Source of the DNA: Macrostomum lignano
Taxonomy: Eukaryota
NCBI GenBank assembly: GCA_002269645.1
Contig: NIVC01001176.1
Coordinates: 1 to 64,000, forward strand
Direction of reading: 5' to 3'
Length of the DNA: 64,000 nucleotides
The notes below the pieces were generated by a model, which saw nothing but the letters and a program-made list of their open reading frames with translations, did no database searches and had not been told where the DNA came from. A program made the position numbers and the translations under genes. Shown piece by piece: positions 53,566 through 64,000 of this stretch (positions are counted from its first letter, which is position 1; every line of letters starts with the position of its first letter).

Positions 53566-56500
53566 ATGCAGAAGGAAGACGAGGAAATTGAAGCCGCTGA
53601 GAAGCGGCTGGAGCCCGAGGCTGAGCCGATGCTCAATTCAACGCCTATGCGGCTGCTGCCGAAGGAGGCCGACGATGGGGTGAGCTGATGAAGGAGTCTG
53701 GGACGGACAATTTAGCATGCTTCGATTCTTTCTTCAGAATACGAGCTGTGTAGACAATTGCACTTATAAACTCAAAAAATCCTCAACAGCAGAAGCCGCC
53801 GCCCTACGAAGACTGCCAGCTGGTGGAAGCTCCGGCCATCGGTCGCGAGACCTGGAACCAGAAGATCGACTTCCTGCTGGCCGTTGTCGGTTTCGCCGTC
53901 GACCTCGGCAACGTGTGGCGATTCCCCTACATCTGCTACAGGAACGGGGGCGGTAGGTTTGCCGCCTTGACTGTCACGTGACTGTTAATTAGTTAGTCAG
54001 TTAGTTATATTTGTGTACCCTACTGGAGATTTTGAACTAATTGATATGAGTAGTATAAAGCGCTATACTTAGGATTGTTAGTCAGGGCATGACGTGAGCT
54101 GGGCGTCCGTCAATGTACAGAGACCAGAAGAACGAAGCTGAAGGTGTACAAAAAAGCCCAACCCACCTCGCCGTGTTACTTCCAGGCGCATTCCTGGTGC
54201 CCTACCTTGTCATGTACATCTTCGGCGGCCTGCCACTGTTCTACATGGAGCTGGCGCTGGGCCAGTACCAGCGCTGCGGCTGCATTACCGTGTGGAAGCG
54301 CATCTGCCCGATGTTCAAAGGTGAGCCGGCAGTCAACATCACTTTATGAGCAATGGATTCAGACTCGAGCAGTCACAGAAAATACGCTGCTGATTTAAAG
54401 AGTGTTCTTGGGAAAGTGTTCTTGGTTGTAGCCTAGTGGGGAGTTGTAGCCTAGTGGGGAGTTGTAGCCTAGTGGGGAGTTGTAGCCTAGTGGAGAGTTG
54501 TAGCCTAGTGGGGAGTTGTAGCCTAGTGGGGAGTTGTAGCCTAGTGAGGTTTGTAGCCTAGTGAGGGATGTAGCCTAGTTGAGGGATGTAGCCTAGTGAG
54601 GTTTGTAGCCTAGTGAGGGATGTAGCCTAGTTGAGGGATGTAGCCTAGTGAGGTTTGTAGCCTAGTGAGGGATGTAGCCTAGTTGAGGGATGTAGCCTAG
54701 TGAGGTTTGTAGCCTAGTGAGGGATGTAGCCTAGTTGAGGGATGTAGCCTAGTGAGGTTTGTAGCCTAGTGAGGGATGTAGCCTAGTTGAGGGATGTAGC
54801 CTAGTGAGGGTTGTAGCCTAGTGAGAGTTGTAGCCTAGTGGGGAGTTGTAGCCTAGTGGGGAGTTTTAGCCTAGTGGGGAGTTGTAGCCTAGTGAGGGAT
54901 GTAGCCTAGTTGAGGGATGTAGCCTAGTGAGGTTTGTAGCCTAGTGAGGGATGTAGCCTAGTTGAGGGATGTAGCCTAGTGAGGGTTGTAGCCTAGTGAG
55001 AGTTGTAGCCTAGTGGGGAGTTGTAGCCTAGTGGGGAGTTGTAGCCTAGTGGGGAGTTGTAGCCTAGTGGGGAGTTGTAGCCTAGTGAGTTTTGTAGCCT
55101 AGTGAGGGATGTAGCCTAGTTGAGGGATGTAGCCTAGTGAGGGTTGTAGCCTAGTGAGAGTTGTAGCCTAGTGAGGGTTGTAGCCTAGTGAGGGTTGTAG
55201 CCTAGTGGTTAGAGCGTCGGACTCACGACTGAAAGGTCGGGGGTTCGATTCCCTATTCTACTGGAACAATACTGACACTTAACTCCGCATTGCTTGAGTT
55301 CACCCAGCTGTAAAATGGGTGCCAGCATTAGCTGGGGTAATTGAATGTGTGTGTGGTGATCCCCCAGTATTTGGACTGAACAGCCGTACGCAGCCTTCAG
55401 ATGCGCCGCGCAATACCTGTGGCTGAGCTGTCGGTTGCACATCTGGCCCAATTGGGGCAGGTGTAATCAATTATTATTATTATTGGGAAAGCAGCACCCC
55501 AGGGTCCGTCTCAGAGCCTGGGCGCGAACTCAGGCCGCGCGGCCGACCGGATCCGAGGCGTCGGCATCGGCCAGTAAGAGTCGTTGACGGCGCAACAGAT
55601 TGCTTTGCCGGCGTGCGCCGCACCAACTTTCTGTTCAAGCGAGTCCCGTCAGCGTTCAGGTCTCGGCGTTGTACAGCAGGGCCTTAAAGCAGTCAACTTA
55701 GTCTGAAAAATAGAAGTGAATCACAATTGGGTGTAGAATAATCGAAAATCAAAAACTTAACCCGTTCACCTGGTTGTCCAATCTTCAATTTAACTAACCA
55801 GGTGTCGGAATCGGTATCTGCATTGCTGGCACCTACGTCGCCTTCTACTATAACACCATCATGGCCTGGGCTCTGTACTTTCTCTATCAGAGCATCGCTT
55901 GCACTTTCAACGGCGGCGTCCTGCCCTGGATGACCTGCCAGCCGGACGAGCCGCGCTGTCGCACCTTCGAGCAGAAGCTCAATAACAGCGACATTGGCAA
56001 GAACTGCACGACAGGCGAAAATGGAACCTGCACGCTGTCCTCTAGCGAGGTCTTCTTCTAGTGAGCATGAGATTTCCATCTGGTGCGGTTACTCTCAAGG
56101 TCACTGCGACTGCCACTCTTTAAGTCATTCTGAATGTCACTCTCAGAAATTTTAACTCGATCTTGAAGTCACTCCGACTGTCACCTCGACTGTCACTCTT
56201 AAAGTCACTCCGACTGTCATTCCGACTGTCACTGTTTAAGTCATTCTGAATGGCACTCTCTAAGTCATTTTAACTCGCTCGTAAAGTCACTCCGGATGTC
56301 ACCTCGACTATCACTCCTAAAGTCACTCCGACTGCCATTCCGACTGTCACTCCTAAAGTAACTCCGGCTGTCACTCTTAAAGTCACTCCAGTTGTCATTT
56401 TGACTGTTACTCCTAAAGTCACTTCGGCTGTCACCTCGACTGTCAATCCTAAAGTCACTCCGGCTGTAATTTTGACTGTCACTCCTACAGTCACTCCGAC

Positions 56501-59500
56501 TGTCACGCCAACTGTCACTATTAAATCACTCCGACCGTCACTTCAAATTTTAAACATATGGGTCATGGCCAAAGGCTTTCACTCCTAAGAGTCACTCCGG
56601 CCCTCAATTTCGACTTCACTCCGACTTGTCACTGCCAAAGTTCACTCAACTGCCAACCCACCCCTCCCCTCCCAACTGCAGCAAGAAGGTCCTGGAGATT
56701 CAAAACTCCAACGGCATCGGCGATGTCGGCGGCGTCAAGCCGGAGATCGCCATCTGCCTGGTGATCGTCTTTGCCATCGTGTACTTCTCCATTTGGAAGG
56801 GCGTCAAGAGCAGTGGAAAGGTTCGACTGGCTTTTTGGATGCCAGAATATGAATTCAGTTTTGTTCTGCATCCTCCCCTCAGTTCGGCCTTTCAGATCCC
56901 ACTCTTCATCTCTGCGGAATCTGATTGCGATTTGTGGGGAAGAATTTTGTAGGATTAGATCCCAATTAGAGAGGGGATTTTCGGCCATCTCCCATCCACT
57001 CGGCCCTCGGTCTCGGTCAACTGGTTGCTGACGCTGAGCAGCATTATTTGGGGAAGAATTGGGATTTCCATTGTCGGATGCCATCTCAGCGAGCGTTTAT
57101 CTCCGACACGGTTCGAATTGATGAAGGAGAGCCGGAGTCTGGACAGGGGCAGGCAAGGGGATTTGTCAAAGTCCGATTGGGCATGCTCCATCATGGAGCA
57201 GTCATCCAGGACCCGCTGCTAGTTGCCGGGGGGCCATCCGGCATCGAGATTTCTCTAGTCTGATCGGGCGCTAAAAGCCGCTAAGGCAAGTCTGAGTGCT
57301 GGCTGAACTCTGATGCGGCTGCAGCATCTGTCCCGGTATCAAATCGCACCCACGACTCTGCTGCAATCTTCTTTAACTCTTTTTATGGTCTGTGTAGTTC
57401 AGCAGTGGGCAGCCGGATGTGCTATTGCATAGATGGCCGTAAACTATCGCTTAAAAGTTGAAAAAAAACAAGTTGTAAAAGCGGCGATAGAGGTAGCCAA
57501 TGACAAGGATGCCGACTGGATAAGGAGAGGATTATCGGGCTGATCAACTGGGAAAGATGAAAATAGAGAAGGGAAGATATAATTAAAGATATGGGACTTA
57601 AGGGTAAAGACAGAGAGGGGGAGTAGGAGAGAGACAGTAGGAGATAAAGGGAGAGCCAGAGGGAGATTAAGGAAGAGACTGAGGGAGATAAAGGAAGAGA
57701 CAGAGGGAGATTAAGGGAGAGACAGAGAGAGATTAAGGGAGAGACAGAGGGAGATTAAGGGAGAGACAGAGAGAGATTAAGGAAGAGACAGAGGGAGATT
57801 AAGGGAGAGACCGAGTGAGATTAAGGGAGAGACAGAGGGAGATTAAGGGAGAGACAGAGGGAGATTAAGGAAGAGACTGAGGGAGATAAAGGAAGAGACA
57901 GAGGGAGATTAAGGGAGAGACAGAGAGAGATTAAGGGAGAGACAGAGGGAGATTAAGGGAGAGACAGAGAGAGATTAAGGGAGAGACCGAGTGAGATTAA
58001 GGGAGAGACAGAGTGAGATTAAGGGAGAGACAGAGAGAGATTAAGGGAGAGACAGAGTGGATGAGAGAGGGAGCAAGAGTGGGATAAAAGTACATGATTC
58101 TGAGCACTATGTCCCATGTCCCAGTTATTACTAACTCGACTTACAAAACTCCCGCAGGCTGTGTGGTTCACGGCAACAATGCCCTACATTGTTCTGCTAA
58201 TCTTGCTAATCCGCGGACTCATGCTGGAAGGCTCAATGGGCGGTATCTGGTACTACCTGACTCCCAAGTGGGAGAGGCTGCTGGATGTGCAGGTGTGGAA
58301 CGATGCCGCCTCGCAGATATTCTTCTCGCTGGGCCCCGGCTTTGGCGTCCTGCTGGCGCTGTCGAGCTACAACAAATTCAACAACAACTGCTACGCGTGA
58401 GTGCTGGAGGGTCGCGAGCTCGGGATGTCTGAACGCGTCTGCTCCACGGGTTGTTTCACACCCATGAGGACCACCACCCCAAGGCACAGAGGGTGTACAT
58501 GACTGACAATTAGAAAGTCAGGGCTGCTGTACACCCTGTGTGAGCGAGTTCGTGCCCGCGTACACAGCATTGGCGGGACAGTTGTGGGACGATGTTAGCT
58601 CGTATGATAGCTATCTATTCAATAGATTAAAGAGTACACGATGCTGACAATGTTCAATTTAAGCCGTCCTGAAAATTCAAGTTTCTTGACATAACTAACA
58701 CCTTCGCAGTGACGCCATGATCACCAGCTCCATCAACTGCTGCACCTCCTTTCTGGCCGGTTTTGTTGTGTTCTCCGTGCTGGGCAACATGGCCTACAGG
58801 CTGGGCAAAGACATGGACACAGTTGCTTCTGAGGGTGAGAGCTTGCTTGTTGGGTAATAACCCTGCTCTACTGGTTAACAATAGGACTCATCCACTCACC
58901 CTATCTACCCACTCATCCACCCACCCTATCTACCCACTCATCCACCTACCCTATCTACCCACTCATCCACCCACTACATCTACGCCATCCCCAGGTCCCG
59001 GCCTGGTGTTCATGGCTTATCCTGAGGCCATCGGCACCCTGCGCGGCTCAGTGTTCTGGGCCATCCTCTTCTTCATCATGCTAATCACTCTCGGCCTGGA
59101 CAGCACGGTTAGTACCTAAAAACAAAGGACTCGCTTATTTAGTTCATTTGTGCGTGTACAAGTTGAACGAGCAATCAACTATTGATACTATAAAATACCC
59201 CAGTTACCCCAGATACCCCAGATACCCCAGTTACCCCAGATACCCCAGATATCCAGATACCCCAGATACCCCAGTTACTCCAGATACCCCAGTCACCCCA
59301 GATACCCCAGTCACCCCAGATACCCCAGATACCTCAGATACCTCAGTCACCCCAGATACCCCAGATACCCCAGTTACTCCAGATACCCCAGTTACCCCAG
59401 TTACCCCATATACCCCAGATACCCCAGATACCCCAGATACCCCAGATACCCCAGTCACCCCAGATACCACAGTTACCCCAGTTACCCCAGTTACCCCAGT

Positions 59501-62500
59501 TACCCCAGATACCCCAGATACCCCAGATACCTCAGATACCTCAGATACCCCAGTCACCCCAGATACCCCAGTTACCCCAGATACCCCAGATACCCCAGTT
59601 ACTCCAGATACCCCAGATACCCCAGATACCCCAGATACCCCAGATACCCCAGATACCAAAGAAACCTCAACTTAGAAACAAAGCCAAAAGAGTAACACAA
59701 AGGAACAAGCTTTTAAACCAGGGACAAATTCTCCCATGATTCAAGCAAAAACTACACAAATCCCCAATGTCTCTCACACCGCAGTACGGCGGTCTCGAGG
59801 CCATCATCACGGGCATTCTGGACGAATTTCCCAAGCTGCAGCGCAGACGCGAGCTGTTCGTACTCGGCCTGATTGTCTACTGCTTCATTGGCGGCCTGGC
59901 CACCACCACCTATGTTTGTACTGGGGATTAGTGTAGGATTAGCTTTACACCTTTTTGTGGCAGGTTGTTTCGCGGCCATTGTTCGTTCGATAATCTCGGC
60001 CACGAGATGGGTTGGATTAGATTAGATTCAGAATATGATGGATTAGATTAGATTAGATTCAGAATATGATGGATTAGATTAGATTAGATTCAGAATACGA
60101 TGGATTAGATTAGATTAGATTCAGAATAAGATGGATTAGATTAGATTCAGAATATGATGGATTAGATTAGATTAGATTCAGAATAAGATGGATTAGATTA
60201 GATTAGATTCAGAATAAGATGGATTAGATTAGATTCAGAATATGATGGATTAGATTAGATTAGATTCAGAATAAGATGGATTAGATTAGATTAGATTCAG
60301 ACTATGATGGATTAGATTAGACTCAGCACATGACAGATTAGATTAGATTAGACTCAGACTATGATGGATTAGATTAGATTACATTCAGAATAAGATGGAT
60401 TAGATTAGATTAGATTCAGACTATGATGGATTAGATTAGACTCAGCACATGACAGATTAGATTAGATTAGACTCAGACTATGATGGATTAGATTAGATTA
60501 GACTCAGACTATGATGGATAAGATTAGACTGAACACATGACAGATTACATTATATTGAGTATGCAATAGATTAGATTGAATTATTGCAATCAACAATCCC
60601 GATTGTCCTAACCGCAATACAAAGGGCGGTTTCTACGTCCTGAACCTGCTGGACCAGCACGGAGCTCCAATCTCTCTGTTATTCATCGTCTGCGTTGAAG
60701 GCGTCGCCCTGTGCTGGTTTTACGGTCAGTTGCTGGGGAATTCGCACCTGGCTATGCCTCTTCAGTTCCTTCCTCAATTATTTTTTACTTCGCTAAATTT
60801 TCAATTCAGGTCACAAACGGTTCAGCGCGGATGTTAAAAAGATGCTGGGTTTTGCACCCGGCCCCTACTGGCAAATCTGCTGGACCTTCATCAGTCCCGT
60901 GTTTCTCATGGTGAGAACTGGTGCCTGCTTCTCAGTTCTTGTGCATTTCCTTTTTATTGTCTCTTTCCCTGTTCCTTTCCCTGTTCCTTTCCCTGTTCCT
61001 TTCCGTGTTCCTTTCCCTGTTCCTTTCCCTGTTCCTTTCCCTGTTCCTTTCCCTGTTCCTTTCACTGTTCCTTTCCCTGTTCCTTTCCCTGTTCCTTTCC
61101 CTGTTCCTTTCCCTGTTACTTTCCCTGTTCCTTTCCCTGTTCCTTTCCCTGTTACTTTCCCTGTTCCTTTCCCTGTTCCTTTCCCTGTTCCTTTCCCTGT
61201 TCCTTTCCCTGTTCCTTTCCCTGTTCCTTTCCCTGTTCCTTTCCCTGTTCCTTTCCCTGTTCCTTTCCCTGTTCCTTTCCCTGTTCCTTTCCCTGTTCCT
61301 TTCCCTGTTCCTTTCCCTGTTCCTTTCCCTGTTCCTTTCCCTGTTCCTTTCCCTGTTCCTTTCCCTGTTCCTTTCCCTGTTCCTTTCCCTGTTCCTTTCC
61401 CTGTTCCTTTCCCTGTTCCTTTCCCTGTTCCTTTCCCTGTTCCTTTCCCTGTTCCTTTCCCTGTTCCTTTCCCTGTTCCTTTCCCTGTTCCTTTCCCTGT
61501 TCCTTTCCCTGTTCCTTTCCCTGTTCCTTTCCCTGTTCCTTTCCCTGTTCCTTTCCCTGTTCCTTTCCCTGTTCCTTTCCCTGTTCCTTTCCCTGTTCCT
61601 TTCCCTGTTCCTTTCCCTGTTTCTTTCCCTGTTCCTTTCCCTGTTCCTTTCCCTGTTCCTTTCCCTGTTCCTTTCCCTGTTCCTTTCCCTGTTCCTTTCC
61701 CTGTTCCTTTCCCTGTTCCTTTCCCTGTTCCTTTCCCTGTTCCTTTCCCTGTTCCTTTCCCTGTTCCTTTCCCTGTTCCTTTCCCTGTTACTTTCCCTGT
61801 TCCTTTCCCTGTTACTTTCCCTGTTCCTTTCCCTGTTCCTTTCCCTGTTCCTTTCCCTGTTCCTTTCCCTGTTCCTTTCCCTGTTCCTTTCCCTGTTCCT
61901 TTCCCTGTTCCTTTCCCTGTTCCTTTCCCTGTTCCTTTCCCTGTTCCTTTCCCTGTTCCTTTCCCTGTTTCCTTCCCTGTCTCTTTCCCTGTTCCTTTCC
62001 CTGTTCCTTTCCCTGTTCCTTTCCCTGTTCCTTTCCCTGTTCCTTTCCCTGTTCCTTTCCCTGTTCCTTTCCCTGTTCCTTTCCCTGTTACTTTCCCTGT
62101 TCCTTTCCCTGTTCCTTTCCCTGTTACTTTCCCTGTTCCTTTCCCTGTTACTTTCCCTGTTCCTTTCCCTGTTCCTTTCCCTGTTCCTTTCCCTGTTACT
62201 TTCCCTGGTCCTTTCCCTGCTACTTTCCCTGTTACTTTCCCTGTTACTTTCCCTGTTACTTTCCCTGTTTTCTTCCCTGTCTCTTTCCCTGTTCCTTTCC
62301 CTGTTCCTTTCCCTGTTCCTTTCCCTGTTCCTTTCCCTGTTCCTTTCCCTGTTCATTTCCCTGTTCCTTTCCCTGTTCCTTTCACTGTTCCTTTCCCTGT
62401 TCCTTTCCCTGTTCCTTTCCCTGTTCCTTTCCCTGTTACTTTCCCTGTTCCTTTCCCTGTTCCTTTCCCTGTTCCTTTCCCTGTTCCTTTCCCTGTTCCT

Positions 62501-63692
62501 TTCCGTGTTCCTTTCCCTGTTCCTTTCCCTGTTCCTTTCCCTGTTCCTTTCCCTGTTACTTTCCCTGTTCCTTTCCCTGTTCCTTTCCCTGTTCCTTTCC
62601 CTGTTCCTTTCCCTGTTCCTTTCCCTGTTCCTTTCCCTGTTCCTTTCCCTGTTCCTTTCCCTGTTCCTTTCCCTGTTCCTTTCCCTGTTCCTTTCACTGT
62701 TCCTTTCCCTGTTACTTTCCCTGTTCCTTTCCCTGTTCCTTTCCCTGTTCCTTTCCCTGTTCCTTTCCCTGTTACTTTCCCTGTCTATTTCCCTGTTCCT
62801 TTCCCTGTTCCTTTCCCTGTTCCTTTCCCTGTTCCTTTCCCTGTTACTTTCCCTGGTCCTTTCCCTGTTACTTTCCCTGTTACTTTCCCTGTTACTTTCC
62901 CTGTTTCCTTCCCTGTCTCTTTCCCTGTTCCTTTCCCTGTTCCTTTCCCTGTTCCTTTCCCTGTTCCTTTCCCTGTTACTTTCCCTGTTCCTTTCCCTGT
63001 TCCTTTCCCTGTTCCTTTCCCTGTTACTTTCCCTGTTACTTTCCCTGTTTCCTTCCCTGTTCCTTTCCCTGTTCCTTTCACTGTTCCTTTCCCTGTTCCT
63101 TTCCCTGTTCCTTTCCCTGTTCCTTTCCCTGTTACTTTCCCTGTTCCTTTCCCTGTTACTTTCCCTGTTCCTTTCCCTGTTCCTTTCCCTGTTCCTTTCC
63201 CTGTTCCTTTCCCTGTTCCTTTCCCTGTTCCTTTCCCTGTTCCTTTCCCTGTTCCTTTCCCTGTTACTTTCCCTGTTTCCTTCCCTGTCTCTTTCCCTGT
63301 TCCTTTCCCTGTTCCTTTCCCTGTTACTTTCCCTGTTCCTTTCCCTGTTCCTTTCCCTGTTCCTTTCCGTGTTCCTTTCCCTGTTCCTTTCCCTGTTCCT
63401 TTCCCTGTTCCTTTCCCTGTTCCTTTCCCTGTTCCTTTCCCTGTTCCTTTCCCTGTTCCTTTCCCGTTCCTTCCTTTCGATGCGAATGCTTCATCGCCCC
63501 GGAATTCCGCAGGCCATCTTCATCGCCAATCTGATCTTCTACGAGTCTCGACCGGTCATGGTGCTCGGGGAAGCGATTCCGTTTCCCAAGTGGGCCATCG
63601 GCATCGGCTGGATGATCACAATGTCTTCACTGGTCATGGTGCCCGTGTACTTTTTCTACAAGCTAGCCATCACGCCCGGCACCCTTAAGGAG
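53566..63692 (+). CDS. SLC6A4: Sodium-dependent serotonin transporter (SLC6A4/SERT-type), 3' end outside the window. Exons: 53566-53679, 53790-53952, 54186-54320, 55802-56060, 56682-56820, 58158-58396, 58710-58834, 58995-59107, 59785-59913, 60625-60724, 60810-60910, 63513-63692
   Basis: All 12 exons have GT-AG boundaries and matching phases. Motifs: [40 protein letters not shown] (TM1 Asp of monoamine transporters), [85 protein letters not shown]. The LALGQYxRxGC and [11 protein letters not shown] motifs are SERT-type rather than DAT/NET-type. The start codon at 53566 is the first in-frame ATG after a stop and is less certain. Confidence 0.92.
54425..55205 (+). repeat. 17-18 bp minisatellite (g(t/a)tgtagcctagtg(a/g)gg), roughly 44 units, contiguous with the SINE head (SERT intron 3)
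   Basis: The unit equals the first 17-18 nt of the SINE at 55191. Confidence 0.93.
55191..55473 (+). mobile_element. tRNA-derived SINE with CORE-like central domain (SERT intron 3)
   Basis: A box TAGCCTAGTGG (55198), B box GGTTCGATTCC, body acacttaactccgcattgc...cacccagctgtaaaatgggtgccagc, and a 3' (TTA/ATT)n tail. The body is homologous to 1066-1312. Confidence 0.8.
56095..56635. repeat. Degenerate gtcactccgact-type repeat in SERT intron 4
   Basis: Direct inspection. Confidence 0.85.
57650..58060. repeat. 22-bp purine-rich minisatellite (agagggagattaagggagagac) in SERT intron 5
   Basis: Direct inspection. Confidence 0.93.
59197..59657. repeat. 9-bp repeat (ccccagata/ccccagtta) in SERT intron 8
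   Basis: Direct inspection. Confidence 0.95.
60010..60555. repeat. (gatta)n-based 26-31 bp minisatellite in SERT intron 9
   Basis: Unit approximately gattagattagattagattcagaatatgatg. Confidence 0.93.
60964..63465. repeat. 2.5 kb 12-bp pyrimidine-rich satellite (ttccctgttcct) in SERT intron 11
   Basis: Direct inspection. It lies between the donor at 60911 and the acceptor at 63512. Confidence 0.97.
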
Positions 63693-63794
63693 GTGAGCGG
63701 GACTGCGGGAGAACTTTGTCACAACCATGCTCGATTGATTGCAGATCGATGACCGGGGATTTTTGGCTTGGATACCGAATCAAGATTTGGGAGT

Positions 63795-63990
63795 AGGATC
63801 GGGATGTGAGAGTCTGGTTCGGAGATGGGATCGGGATTCGAAACAAAAAGAGTCTGAGATGGGATTGGGATTCGAGAGAAGAGTCTGAGATGGGATGGGG
63901 ATTCGAGAGAAGAGTCTGAGATGGGATTGGGATTCTGACCAAGGATTCCGAACATAATTATTTTCAAGTTTGGGATTCTGGACAAGGAGC
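63795..63990. repeat. gagtctgagatgggatt-type short repeats in SERT intron 12
   Basis: About 4 degenerate copies. Confidence 0.7.
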
Positions 63991-64000
63991 TGGGATCAAG

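Noticed and set aside
55191-55262. Bona fide tRNA gene
   Set aside because: A and B boxes are present, but the anticodon and acceptor stems do not pair properly. It continues into a SINE body shared with 1066-1312.
56955-57300. GC-richer stretch with short ORFs in SERT intron 5 as an alternative exon
   Set aside because: No SLC6 similarity, and exons 5 and 6 already join in frame (SSGK/AVWF).
60842-63752. 948-aa, 943-aa and 474-aa ORFs (PVPF, LSLF and NRER repeats)
   Set aside because: They are stop-free readings of a 12-bp intronic satellite. The real exons end at 60910 and resume at 63513 with canonical splice sites.

Overview
Eukaryotic (metazoan) genomic DNA, not prokaryotic. It has spliceosomal GT-AG introns, GC-rich exons, AT-rich intergenic DNA and a minisatellite in almost every intron. 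The overall style resembles a free-living flatworm such as Macrostomum, but that is an inference and not established here. Four host genes were reconstructed by hand: (1) Rab18 on the minus strand, 5 coding exons from 16462 to 2753, with a 1-nt frameshift in exon 4 and a ~7.7 kb minisatellite in intron 2; (2) an intronless class A peptide GPCR (minus, 23305-24468); (3) an ERR-like (NR3) nuclear receptor (plus, 3 coding exons, 36877-43151, 560 aa) with a divergent ligand-binding domain; (4) a serotonin transporter of the SLC6A4 type (plus, 12 coding exons from 53566 to 63692, continuing past the window). An orphan coding exon lies at 47953-48759. Mobile DNA includes a nested cluster at 26-30 kb: a Penelope-like retroelement with a minimal hammerhead ribozyme sitting in an (AG)n tract, next to or inside a decayed Ty3/Gypsy element. 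There are also two tRNA-derived SINEs, several MITEs, a 1.5 kb TIR element with an 8-bp TSD, a LINE 3' fragment and an unclassified intron-containing repeat present twice. The most unusual observations are a minisatellite built from the first 17-18 nt (A-box) of the SINE it abuts, the apparent domain order of the Penelope ORF, and an inverted pair of composite satellite elements around Rab18 exons 1-2. Most long ORFs in the supplied track are artefacts of tandem repeats.
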